From positions 2,666,001-2,730,000 of the forward strand of contig CP075493.1 in the NCBI GenBank assembly GCA_021613535.1: DNA of 64,000 nt. The letters run 5' to 3'. The notes below the pieces were generated by a model. That model was not told the origin of the DNA, made no database searches, and worked only from the letters and a program-made list of their open reading frames with translations. Shown one piece after another: positions 12,515 through 26,700 of this stretch (the first letter of the stretch is position 1; each line of letters starts with the position of its first letter). The position numbers and the translations under genes were made by a program. Source of the stretch: Adineta vaga (lineage: Eukaryota; Animalia; Rotifera).

Positions 12515-15297
12515 TTATAATTTGCTCTTAGAAAACGATACACGAAGATGCATTGAATCTGCTAGACGATAATTATGAGTATTCTAAACATACAGAAAGA
12601 TGTAAAAATTTCTTTTTCAAATAAATTTTCCATATACGTACAATTAATGCTGCAATGGCTTGTTCAATAGTATCCATTTCAATCAATGCCATTTTACGAT
12701 CTTTTTCAAAGAATTTAAATCGTTTGATTGTTCCATATTGTGAGAATATATTTTGAATTTCATCTTCACCTGTTTCAGTACTAGAAGAAGAAAAAAACAA
12801 TAATAATCGAAAGGAAAACGATGATATTGCATTTAACATACGGGATATTTGATAGATGTAGAACAGTACCCGGTGGGAAAATATTATTGTAATTTTTCGA
12901 TCCAGGTTTTTTAAAACGATGTAATGGAGAATTTGTAAAGTCTTTTGTTAAACCCATATCCTACATATACAAAATCGTTCGAGAAATGAAAGTAGTGTAT
13001 TCATATTTACTGAGGAGCCATCTTTTGGCATTTGTACAAATTGATGTTTGGAAAAACTAACACGGATAGATTTACCAAACATTGTGACATGATCGAGATT
13101 TTGATGAGCTATATCGATGAAGATATGCAGATTGACTTTTTTTTCAAAAAAAGGAATTCTCTACTTACCAACAGCTGCTTGTTGTGGAGTAGCAAATTGA
13201 ATTAATGCGGAATCTTTTTTGTTAAATAGAATTTTTACCCGATGCACATCACCATAAACACCTAGGAAAGATTGAAAACAAATACTTTTGTGCATATTAA
13301 AGATTTCGTTTTCATTGCCTATCAAGAATGAGAAAAGAAAGGGCAGATACACATACCGAATAGTGTGAATAAGGACTCTGGAGTCGTCATCTAATCGTCC
13401 GAAAGAGGAAAAAAAGAGAAAGAAATGAATAGATATTTGAAAGATATGATTTTCTTTCCAACTTATACAAGAAAGAAAAAAAGAGTTAAGATAAGATAGA
13501 GTTCTTTCATTACTTACATCTTCATTTAAATTTGAGACAAGAATAACTGGTCCGTTTTGAACAGACATCATATGAGGATTTTGTTGTTGATGTGCTTGCA
13601 GATGACCTGGTGGTAAACCATGCATCGATTGTGGTGGCGGAGGAGGAGGTGGATGATTTGAACCATATGGATGTCCGTAGGGAGAAGCGGAAGCACCCAC
13701 CATTGGATTATAAGCAGCAGATGCGGGTGGAAGTGAACTCATTAAATGGCTGGTATTCGCTGATAAGAAAAACAATATAAACGAAATTCAAAATATTATA
13801 TTCGATGGAAAAAGACATAATGATCTTTTACCTGACATATCATATCCTTGGGCCATACCACTTGTTGATGGTGGTCTACCACGAATTGCGGCAGACGCAT
13901 TGTAATAGTCTGAAAATAAAGATCTATGTCTAACGAAATGTGTGTTCGATGAACTCTTTTACCATAACGATAGTCATCGTTAGAAGTAGATCGTTGTAAT
14001 GGAAGAAGACCAGAATTTGAATGCATACGTTCTATTGAATTCGAAAGAATAAAAAGATGAAAACGAAATCAAATCACGCACCCAATTCTGGTTGTTGACT
14101 CATATTTCCTTCATTTGAAGGTAATGTTGGATTTGTATAATCTCGACTTTTATCATTATTATATTTAACAGTGAGGGAAAATAATTTCGAATATTCAATT
14201 TGCAGCTAAATATAACACATAAAAAAATCGTCTTTAAAAACAAACAATTTCTGTGTATAATACTTACAGTACAGCATCCATTGTAAATATTCTGACCATG
14301 CAGTTGCTAGATACGAAAGAAAACAAAATATATCAATTTCCATGAATAAAGTATCTTGTAAAATCTCATAGATTCATTCATATCATATGCTAATCTTACG
14401 AGTATCTGTTATACTACTTACTACTTTAGCTTGTGTAGCAGCATTTGGATCTTTTAATTGAATCAGCGCTTGAAATTTCTCTATGAAAACAAAATTAATT
14501 TCAATAAAACACGAAAATCTGTATTTACCATTTTTAGTAAATGTAATAATTTTCAATACTGTACCAAATTTACTAAAAATCTATAACAATCAAATTAATT
14601 TCGTTATTTGATATTTATTTTCTCATACCTGATGTAAAACATCAATCGTGACAGGATATAACATGTTAATAATCGTTAAACGTAGTACACAATTAGGTCC
14701 ACCTTTCTGTGCAGTCTCATAAAGATCTGTTGCTTGTGCTAAGGCCGCATGTGCTTGTTGATTCGTACGATTTGTTGGATCTGTACGAAGTTCACCATGA
14801 TTAGAATATTGTGCAAATACTTGTCGACCACTGAACATTGTTGGCATGGATGTTAAATATTCTACCATTTGTTTTGCTGATTCAGTGGAATCAAATTCCA
14901 AAAACGCCTAAAACAAATCGATAATACGAATAGAATTCAAATGAATGATCGAATTTACTTGAGATTTTTTCTTTAAATTTAGAAAATTTGTAACACGACC
15001 AAATGGAACACCAAGTTGTATGACTTCGAAATCACTTGCTTCAATATTTCTTAAATGAACAACACGAGAAGGTAATGCAGGTTCTGAACGACTCTAAATA
15101 TCATTGAATCCTTTGTTTATTTTCTATTTCAATGAGTTTAGTTTCTCATACTTTTTTTGCAATATCAATTATTTGTGAACTCGAACTACCAACACCATCA
15201 CCATTCGTATCAAATTCATCTCCTGAAAATGTACGCTAGAAACAAAACGATAACGAAAGAATTTTCGTTCAATACTCTATATGATATCTACCTTCAT
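12515..15297 (-). CDS. PTBP1: Polypyrimidine tract-binding protein (4 RRMs), multi-exon
   Basis: PSRVVHLRN; [25 protein letters not shown]; [12 protein letters not shown]; [37 protein letters not shown]; [20 protein letters not shown]; [10 protein letters not shown]. The ATG placement (MK|RTFSGDE) is less certain. Confidence 0.94.
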
Positions 15298-15861
15298 ATT
15301 GATCTAGAAAAAATCAAGATAGAAAAATATAAGAAGAGATGAATTTTAATCATACATTACTTGAGCACAGACGCAAACACAAGTCTGTAAGCTCGTAGTC
15401 CGATGTCGGTTGGAACGTTTTGAAAAGTTGAGAAACTTGATTTAGTATTATTTATCTTCTCCAAAAACAAAACAAAACAAAAAACGATCACCAAATGATA
15501 TTCAAAAAAAGAAAACACCTATATTTTATCTTTCTTTTCTTCTTACCAATAAAAATCAAAGTATGAAAATTGATTGACCAATGAAAACAATTGATACATA
15601 GGTCAACCTAATAATACATGAATTTTATCGACAAATGTTTGGTTTATAAATTTTTATTAACGATTTAAAATTATTCCTATTTTATAAAACTAATAAATTC
15701 TTCGACATTCGTTCGATTATGTAACCAGTAGATGGATGAATGAGTCATCTCTGTCGGAAGAAACGAGATGAAATCTACATGCTTGCTTTTCAACTGCTGT
15801 TTTATACATAGAGGATTTTTCCAACTGAATTCAGGTTAAATTTTTTTTCTTTAGTACTCAA

Positions 15862-17387
15862 ATGTCAACGAGGAGTAAAGATGAAATTCTCGAGAGTTTT
15901 ATCTCTATCACAGGATGTTCAAGAGATCGAGCAGTAAACTTTCTGAGAGCTGTAGATTGGGATGAACAAGATGCTGTAGTTCTATTTTTCGATAGTGATA
16001 ATACTGAACAATTTGAGCCCACTACGTCAATTGAAACGAGATCACCCGTTCAAAATCCAAGTTAGTATTTCTTTATTTGCTACAATAATCTTAAATATAA
16101 ACATATTTTCTAAATTGAATTTTTTAGATAGACGTATTCGTAATGAACCAAATGCGTATGAATCAGACGATGATTTACTACAAAATGCTCTCGAAGACAG
16201 TTTACGTATTAAGCAATCTGAAAAACCATCAACTATGGTTCCAAATAGAACTAATCAACATAAATCTATCATATCTTCAAAGATCAATACTGTTGATACT
16301 TGGCGTCGCACTGACGATGATTCAGATGATGATGATGGTAATTAATTGAATACTGACCAAAATGAACTGTATTTGTTTTTCCTTAGGTCAACCTTACTAT
16401 GCCGGTGGTTCGGAACGCAGTGGTCAACAAATTATTGGACCTCCAAAGAGTAAAGATAATGATAAAAAAGTAGCTCATGTTTTTGAAGCTGCTCGTCGAC
16501 AAGGTGCTCGAGAAGCATCTGATCGTGAAACAGCATCATCGTATTCAAAGAAAGAAAAACCATTTACTGGTGCTGGATATTCTCTAAGTAATATTTATGA
16601 AACAAGACAAAATGATATTTAATTTCTTAATTCGTCTAATATTCAGATGATGAACATGTGCCTTCTGCTGCTCGAGGTCCGTCGCCGTCAGGTGGTGCTG
16701 CAGCAGCAGCAGCGACAGCTAATAATAATAGAGTTGAACAATTACCAATACGATTTTATTCCAATGGATTTACTGTTGGCGATGGTGAATTACGTCAATT
16801 TGAAGAGAATAGAGAATTTATGGAGTATATAAAACGTGGTGAAGTACCACCTGAACTTCGTAATTTAAATAGCAATGGTAAACAAGTTGAGGTACAGAAT
16901 ATCTATACTAAAAACTAAATGAATTTTTTATTATTCTTATTTGGATTTGTAGGTGAGTCTCGAAGATCATCGTGGTGAAGAGTATAAACATGTTGCACCT
17001 TCATTCAAACCATTTACTGGAACTGGTCATACCGTAGGTTTACCAAGATCTGGTCCAGGCTTATCAGCAACAATAATATCAGATTCTCTTGATACACATC
17101 ATCTTGAAGAACTTGCTCGAAAACGATTAAGAACTTCCTTATCATCATCAACAATTATTCGTCTTCGTTTACCAGATATTTCTACACCATTATGTATACC
17201 AATTGATTTAAATCGTACTCTCGTAGATATACGAAAGTTTCTCACAGAAAACATTCCTTCACTTCAATCGAATACATTCGAATTCATGGAACCACCATCC
17301 ACACGAATCAAACGTGATGATGAAAAGAAGAAAATCAAAGATTCAAAACTATCCAATTGTACACTTGTCGTCCGACGAATTGCTTAA
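15862..17387 (+). CDS. NSFL1C: NSFL1 cofactor p47 (UBA-like, SEP, UBX)
   Basis: FISITGCSRDRAVNFLRAVDWD; YYAGGSERSGQQIIGPP; SEP domain FYSNGFTVGDGELR..IKRGEVPPEL; FKPFTGTG; UBX-like IIRLRLPD. Confidence 0.9.
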
Positions 17388-17610
17388 TTTTCAATTCAGC
17401 ATATACATATTTTTGAAATGTATGGAGAGAAAACATGAACAAAATATTCTTTATTTTTTTTAGTTCTGAGAATTTATTTTTCACTTCAGTTTGTTTTCAT
17501 CTGAATTTAATAATAAAAAATGAAAGAAAACCGATTGATTTCTTAATCTATATCATATAGATTTACTAGATTATTTTCAAACTCTTTTAGATTGATACAT
17601 CTAATTTAGT

Positions 17611-19137
17611 ATGATCACAATCGATGGATCATATCTCGAAGGCGTATGTTATATAGTCGAATTTCAATGAGAAACATCTTGATCTATTTCTGATTATAGG
17701 GCGGTCAAATATTGCGTAATGCAACAACATTGAGTGTGATATTAAATATTCCTGTTCGTATTACAAATATTCGAGCTGGTCGATCTCAAGATGGATTACG
17801 ACCACAACATTTAACAAGTATTCAATTGTTAACAGAATTCTCCGAAGCTAAACTTGATAATGCAACGATTGGTACAACAGATATTCAATTCATACCGAAA
17901 ATAATTAAGAGTGGAAGTTATATAGGTGATACGAAAACAGCTGGGTATGACCGTCAACTATTTATTCAATAAAAAGAAAGTCTTTTTTATTTCTCAGAAG
18001 TGTCTGTTTAATGATGCAAACGGCTTTACCATGTTTACTTTTCGCTAGTGAACCTTCGGAACTAAAATTACTTGGAGGAACAAACACGGAATTCGCACCA
18101 GATATTGATTATTATGAAATGGTAGAATGTGAATCCAATTTCAATTCTGTAAATGTCTATTTTGAATAGATATTTCAACCAATAGCGAAACAATTCAATT
18201 TTAACTTTGATTTAAGAATTATTCGAAGGTTTGTATTGTTTCAATTGTTAGATAATTGCAGTAAATGGTAGGATTTTGTAGAGGTTATTATCCAAAAGGT
18301 GGAGGTGATGTACGAATTACAATCAATCCAATTGAGCATTTAAAAGCAATCAATCTGACAGATTTTGGACAAATAAAAAGATTTTTCGGTCGATCTTTTG
18401 TCGCTGGTAATCTTTCGATACAGGTTCGATTGAACTATGAATATGATGTAACTTTCTTTCTTTGTTCTTAAATTTAGATTGCTAATGAAATGACTGAAGC
18501 AGCAAAAAATTTAATACATGAACATTATGCAAAAGACATCCCAATAGAAATCGAAATTATTAAAGAACCTGATAATATGATCATTGGTACAGCTAGTGGT
18601 ATAATGTACGAGAACAGCATCATTTCTCATTTGGATGATAAGAATCGTTTTAGGATAGCCGTAGAAACAACGACAGGTTGTCTATTGGCTGCCAATGCAT
18701 TAGGTAAACGTGGAAAATCAGCATCTGAAGTTGGTATACAAGCAACAGAAGAACTACTCAAAGATCTATCTTATGAAGCATGTGTTGATCGATATCTGGA
18801 AGATCAAGTAAGTTACTGAAATTTTGAATTTCTTGATCTAAATTTGTTCGGTTTGATTAGTTGATTCTATTAATGGCTCTAGCAAAAGGACATTCAAAAA
18901 TTCTATGTGGACCATTATCTGATCGTACGAAAACGGCAATCTACGTTGTTGAACATCTAACAAACGTTTGTTCATATTCATATTGAATATTTACTCGATA
19001 TTTTACTGTGTCTATTTAAGGTTAAATTTCAAATCACAGAAAATCTCTCAACTAAAACTGATGATAAATCATTCACTTCACATTCTACCACTCTCATTGA
19101 ATGTGAAGGACTTGGATGTCAACGACGATCTTTTTAA
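17611..19137 (+). CDS. RTCA: RNA 3'-terminal phosphate cyclase
   Basis: [11 protein letters not shown]|GGQILR; [15 protein letters not shown]; LLGGTN; RGYYPKGGG; [17 protein letters not shown]; IECEGLG. Confidence 0.93.
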
Positions 19138-20779
19138 TATTTATTTCAATATTTCACATTTATCTTTTTGTTTATAATAAAAATAAATTTATTTATGTTT
19201 TCGTTCGAGTTTTCTTTTCTAGAATTCTTTTTCGTCATAATTTGATGAGACATTGTCAATGAAAGAATAAAAGAAAATGTGTGAGGTTTTTGAAAAATGA
19301 AGAATCGTACGAGAAAAAGAGATTTTTGTTTTTTGCGCACGAGCGTATAGTGTGTTTTTTCTTTGCTTTGAGGTTATAATTTCTTATTTATTTTTGAAGT
19401 AAAAAGAAACAGAAAGAGAGAAAAAAACGAGGGATAAGAACAAAAAAACCTGAAACACGAAGGAATAGCAAAAAAACGAACGTAGTGATAGTATAATGTG
19501 TGCTCTTTACTGTCATGCACTTTGTAATTGAGTAAGTCAATAAAATATAATAAAAAATGACGAATGATAGTTCGTTTTTCGAGGTAATATTCTCGTGTTG
19601 TATTATTTTATTTTTCTGTTTCGATAGGTTTATCATCTAGAGGTTAAAATATCCATTCTGATGTTCATTGTTGTTAAATCAGAAAAAAAACAATGAGAAA
19701 GAACAATTGAAAGTTAGAGCGATATAAGTATCTTTAGTGAAAAGAAAAGAAAAGAAAACAACATAGACATGTGAATTTTTCGAACGAGTTATTAACACTT
19801 ATTCATATGTTATAAGTCGCTTTTGTCAGTAGTACATTTTATCAGAAGAATCACGTGAGATGATTAATTAAGACTATAGTAAATCGAGTTGAATATTATT
19901 TGGATAGAAATTTGAACGATTGGATTCCACGTGTATTTGTTAACCAATTGGATAGGCGGATATATTATGTCAACAATATGCATATGGTAGTTCGAGAGGG
20001 AGGACAATATATTCTCTTCTTTTTCTTTCTTTTGTCCTTTCTTTTTCTTTAGGCTGTTTTTTTTCGTATTATTATTATAGAAGAAAAGCAATCGATTAAC
20101 TCGTTCTCACTGTTATCTATCTTTCTTCTTATAGTTTTTCTTTTTCTTCTTCTTCTTCTCACTTAATATCTGTATCTACGCGTGTACGTATCCGTCCTAA
20201 TCTATCTATGTGAATTCTTTTCTAATCACCAATTCGTACAAACAAACTGAAATCGTATCGCTAGTTATCATGTTCCAGCTTCTATCAACAGGTCTATTTA
20301 ACAGGATATTTCTCGACACTCTAATAAAGGTCGTTCTGATCTCACGTCATTCCTCTAGCATACTTTCGATAGAACGATAAAGAAGAAATCAATGAACTTT
20401 TATCTCCTTCTTATTGTAAAACTGTTGTTTATTTCTTTCCAGACGATGTTACACATTTACCTCCCTCGCCACTTTCTAGTCCTTGTCATTACTATACAAG
20501 AGGATATTACATCAACATCATTGCACAGTCGTAGTTTCTTTTCTTTCCGTCTGTCTTTTTTTCTCTCGCTCTTTCCTCGTTATCATCTACTACTTCAACC
20601 AGTGTTTTGCTATTTCTATCCGAAACAGATTATACTGTTATGACATTTAGAAAAGTTATTTATACATTTTTTTCTTCGATACCTGTTCTATTTAATTCAA
20701 ATAATATACAATGGTTTTCTTTTAGAATTCATTCTTGTTTATCTTCTCATTGATCGATTTGAACAATTTCAACTAGAAC

Positions 20780-23700
20780 ATGAAACAACCAAATGAAAAT
20801 CTTTCAACAACAGATTCAAACTATACAACATGTAATGGACATCCTAATGATTTAGCTAAAACACGTAAAGATTCGGATAATGATGATTCAATAACGAATA
20901 CAAGTTCAACATCATCAGTAAATGATGTTCCATTAAATAATTGTCCTGATACATCCTCATCATCGTCTAATTTAAATACAAGTGAAATAACAACAACAAA
21001 TCCAAATAGTTCAGATGAATTGGTTATTCTACCGGAAATTTCTTTCAATATTCGAATTCAGTCACCTGGTTTAGATACTTTTGATTTACCAGTAAAAATA
21101 ATAGAAGACAAATTTTCAAATAATTGAATGTATTTATTTTATGTTTCGTCTAGGTTACATCAAGTGAACTTGTTCAAGAAATTCATCAAGTTTTAATGGA
21201 TAAAGAAGAAACATGTCATCGAACATGTTTTTCCTTACAACTTGATGGTAACATTTTGGATAATTTCACAGAATTGAAAAATATCGAAGGATTAAAAGAA
21301 GGAAGTTTATTAAAAGTTGTTGAAGGTTTGTTAAAAGAAAATTTCTAATAATTTATATATAAAATAATTTGTTATTTAGAACAATATACTGTACGTGAAG
21401 TACGAATTCATGTACGACATATCAATGAATTAATTCATTCATGTGATTTAACTGATTTGTATAACGGTGTGAATGGTTATTCCTTATGTCTTGTTAATGA
21501 TATAACTAATAGTGATACACCATCGTCAACAATGACTGGTATTGAGCATATATTTCGTTAAATTTCATTGAATTGTTTTGCTTTGAAAATGATTTAGATC
21601 GAAAGAAAGGTGGTGAATTGAATGAAAATGAATCCAATGTACCTGAGTATTTACTACCAAATCAAAAGGATGTTTTACTTACACCACTATTTACAACAAA
21701 TAATAAAGTTAATGTAAATAATTCTTTTCTTATTTCTCTAATTCGAGTTCATTTATGTGTAAAAAGTAAGATTAGACATGCGTTTATGAACACGATAAAT
21801 CATTCTTTGTATCGGCAATATTCAAAAATGCATTCCTAATTACAACCGACACATTTCTTTCCCATCTGGAATCATACGTACGATAAATGAGACATAAATC
21901 ACTAAATTTGATGTTATTTTACAAATGAAAATCTATCATTTGTCTAACTTATTCTTCTTTATAGCGTTTACAATGTGTTAAAAGTTTGGCTTATAGTGGT
22001 TGGAATCCACCAAATGGTTCAAGAAAATTACATGGTTAGTTTCATTCGAGAACGTTTTCAAGATGAACATTATCTTTATTTTCTTTCCCAAAGGTGATCT
22101 TATGTATTTACAGGCAACAACATGTGAAGAAAAATCTTTTCATATAACAGCCTGTACAAAAGGTTTTTATGTTAGTCAGTAAGTATATTTCGATAGGATT
22201 GTTCATTAAATATTTACATATCATTATTGAATTGTTAAATAGAACAACAGATGAAAAATTTCTTCCAAAACCGGTGCAACCAAAAGCTATCTTTCATTCA
22301 ATTGTTGATTTGTTGAATAATATAAGTCCAATATTTAAAAAGAAATTTTCTGCTATTCAACGTAAACGTTGTACAAAACATCCATTTGAACGTATTCAAA
22401 TTCCATATCAAATTCATCCATGGTTATCACCACGTTTTGAACATATAATTGATCATTTTCGAGCTGAAGATGGTATGAAATAATACCTTTTGATTTATTC
22501 AACTAAACATTCTTTTATTTAGCAAATATTAATAAACTCGGTCATGAAGATCATATTCCTGGTCAAATACGTGATTGGAATGAAGAATTACAAATTACAA
22601 AAGAATTACCAAAGAAATCCTTGCCAGAAAGACTTATACGAGAACGTGCAATGTTTAAAGTACGAAATTCTACAAATTTTCTTTTTCATTTTTAATAAAT
22701 ATATATTTTTTGTTTCTCATGTCTAGGTTCATAGTGATTTTGTTTCCGCTGCTATTCGTGGTTGTCAGGCAGTTGTTGATGGAAATATAATGGCAATTAA
22801 TCCTGGTGAAGAATCCAAGTAAGTCAAGTTTTTATTACCATTCTATGACTTTTTTTCAATACATGCAAAGATTAATATTGAAAAAACAAACTGATCGATA
22901 ATGTATTCTATTCTGTCTAGAGTTCATATGTATATTTGGAATAATATGTTCTTCAGTCTTGGTTTTGATGTTAAAGAACATTATAAAGATTTCGGTGGTG
23001 ATGCAGCAGCTCATACTGCGCCAACAAATGATTTACAAGGTGTTCGTGCTATAAATACACTTGATTTAGATGGTTTACATACACTAGGCACTATTGTTGT
23101 CGATTATCGTGGTATGCGTGTAACGGCCCAGTCAATCGTTCCCGGTAAGTTATCGATCGTTTCTGTTGTTTTTTTCGTTCTCTACGTCGATATCAGCGAG
23201 AAAAGAAAAACATAACAGATAGAATTCTCACGCCTTCCATTAAATATTTCAAATCATGTTGATATATTTTCGTCGACAACGATATTTCTTTCTTCTCCTT
23301 TTTCTCATAAGTTTTTTCTTAATCTATAAATCTCATCGTACAATAACCTATTTTCTTACGGATGAACATCGAATTTATACATCTTTAATTATTGAATTAC
23401 CACGTCTCGAACGTTTAATTCGTGTAAAACAATCGAATCTATCGTATTTACAAAATCGTCTATCGAAAGTTGAAAAACATTTGACAAAATATTCTTGGCA
23501 TTTAAATCGTTTGATCAAAACAATTCATTATAATACTCAAGAACAAAAACAAATTTCATATTTCAATTCATTTGATTTCGATCTAAATCAAAGATTAAAT
23601 AACAATCAAACAAAATTTCTCGTCTATTTTCATTCCATCAATATTTCAAATGATATCGATGATCATATTCTACATGAATTTCATTCGAAAATCTCCAAAA

Positions 23701-26700
23701 TTCAAAGCCCTTATATAACATATAATGAAAATGAAGCTTATTTACATTTAATTTATCTTCCAATTCAATCGAATAAACAAAATATTTGTTATAAAAATAT
23801 CGTTGATCGAAAATATTTCGTTCTCTATGAACTTCTTCATGATATTACTGAACCATTCGATGAAAAGTGTTTTCAAGGAAATTTCCTTCAAGTGAAATTC
23901 TTTACTCGATTCAATCAAATACATGTTAATAATGAACAACAAACATCGATTAGTATTCTATTTCTCAATACGAATGGTAAATTTACAATAAATCTTTATC
24001 TAAATAATCCTTTTTTTCTTCTTCTTTTAGTAACTTCATCTAGTGATGAATATCAACGATTAAAGAATAATTATAACATCAGTATTGAATGTTATGATTT
24101 GCCTTGTCTAATGACGATCTTCGATAAAAATATTTCTATTGTATCGATTATTTGTTCATCATCATATTCAATTATTATTCAAAATCAATTCTATGAATTA
24201 TTTTTTTATCTTCTTTCTGAACAAATTCATTTAATTATACCAACTTGTCAACATTATCTTCCATATTCTAAAGTTATTGATTATTTTCATCGTTCATCAT
24301 CTCTTCCTTGGTTATATACAATCTATTTTCAAACATTTGAACATCGTTTTCATACATTAATTGCTTATCTACGTACTTTATCTCATCTATCTACATTACC
24401 AAAATTATCGAAGAAATTCATTGAAATAAAAAATCAATTAATTAAAGAAAAGAATTATTATTATTTAATTCATCATCGAAATAATAATTTTACTCAAATG
24501 TCAATGGGTCTTATGGATGCGATTAGTTTTCAATCCTATCGAAAATCTTCATTCTATAACGAACCAACATTCTATGATCAATGGAATCGTATCTATCAAC
24601 CATTTTATCGTTCATTAACTCAAACAAATCCATTTGAACTGACATTTTCGAAGGAAAAATATACAATTATAATTTTAACACATAAAAAACGTTTCTATCA
24701 ATTAAATCGTTTATTATTACATCTAAATGGTTTGATTAATCTTCATCGTATTATTGTTTTATTCAATCAAATTGATCCATTGTATGAATCAACTCATCAA
24801 AATTTAACATTAAAAGATTTTCTTGATGATTATTATGTTTATTTACCATCGATACATGTCGAAATTGTCTATATATTCAATTTAACCAATAATTTAAATA
24901 ATCGTTTTCTACCATGGAATGAATTTATTCAAACAGATTGTATTTTATCATTAGATGATGATAGTTTTCTTCGACATGATGAAATCGAATATGGATTTCG
25001 TGTTTGGAAAGAGAATCCTTCTCGTTTAGTTGGCTTTATTTCACGTTCACATCGATTTCATCCATTAGAATATGATGCATCATCATCGTCATGTTTCTAT
25101 TCAATGATTTTAACTGGTGCTGCTTTTCTACATCGGTGGTATCTAGATTTCTATACGAATATTATGTCTAAACAAATTCGTGATTATATTCAAATAAAAA
25201 TGAATTGTGAAGATATTGCTATGAATTATTTAATCAGTTATTTAACAAAACAAAGTCCTATTAAAATTGGTCATCGTGAAACATTTCATTGTTTGAAATG
25301 TCAAGAAAGTCTATCGAATAAAATTACACATTATCATCAACGAACTGAATGTTTAAAATATTTTTCTACTATCTATCATTTCGTACCTTTATATTATTCT
25401 GTTTATCGTATTGATTCTTTGTTAAATCTGACATCTTGTTTTTCGTTAAATGAATTCTAAATGTGAAAATTTCTTTTTTTTTTTGTCTTTTTTCAGGTAT
25501 TCTCGAAAAAGAACAAGAACAAAGTGTTGTTTATGGCTCGACAGATTTCGGTAAAACTTGTACAACAAATGAGAAATATAAAGAATTATTGGAGAAAGTT
25601 TCAACAATGCTTAAAATCAAACCACATGCTGTTAAAACAGAAAAAGGAGATATTGTGGATTTATTAACAGCCATTGAATGTAAAGGAATTATTGGTAATG
25701 ATGGAAGACATTATTTATTAGATTTATTACGTATGACACCACCGGATCTGAATTATTTACCAGGTAAATTCATATTTCAATTTGTGTTCTTTTGTAATCC
25801 ATGAATTTCTAGTTGATGTCGAACATCTTTCACCAGCAATGAAACAATTCGATTATCCAAAAACTTATAAACATCGTTTATGTTGTTTAAGACAAGAATT
25901 AATTGATGCTTTTATTGAGTAAGATTTCATTTATATTCTTCTGACAATCCATAAAACTTTTAATTTAGACAAAAATACGTAGATTTCTATCGTTCAATTG
26001 CACTTAATCTATCAAAATTACGATCAGCTGAAGTATGTAATGATTGATAAGCGAATGAAAAAAGTATTCATTGAATTATTTATTTAGTCAACATCGAATG
26101 AGAATTCTGAACGAACAAATGTTGAAGAAGCAAAACGTATTGTCAATGAAATCAGTGGTAAAATTGTTTAATTGAAAACTCACAATAGTTTATTCTTCTG
26201 TTTAGTTGAAGATAATAGCCGAGAAATTATCCAATCAGCATGTCGTTCAATTGGATCTGTAAAAGATAATGAATTTGATGTTCGTTTCAATCCAGATCTA
26301 TTTCAACCACATGTAACATTAAATCAAACGGTATTGAATTGAAATAGAAAATTTTTCTTTCTTAAATTCAATTATCTGACATTTTAGGCAACAGAAACAG
26401 CGGCTGATATCAAATTACTTAAAGAAGCATCTGAATATTTAGTATTAAAACAAATTCCATTAATGATTCAGGATTTTCAAGATCATTCATCAGTACCAGT
26501 CGATGGTGAAAGTCTTTCCGAAGCCATGCATTCAAGGTAATGAATTCATTCTATAAAACAAAAATCAATTGAATAACTTCTTTTCTTTTCTTTAGAGGAA
26601 TCAATATTCGATATCTCGGTCGAGTTGCTGATCTTCTCGCTCAACAATCTTCTCTCATTTATCTCTTACGTTATTATTCTTCTCAAAAAAACCTTTCACT

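Noticed and set aside
23145-23258. CLUH-EXT fusion protein via an alternative acceptor
   Set aside because: In-frame TAA at 23241-43 precedes the EXT ATG with no AG after it; the acceptors at 23196 and 23200 lead to stops.
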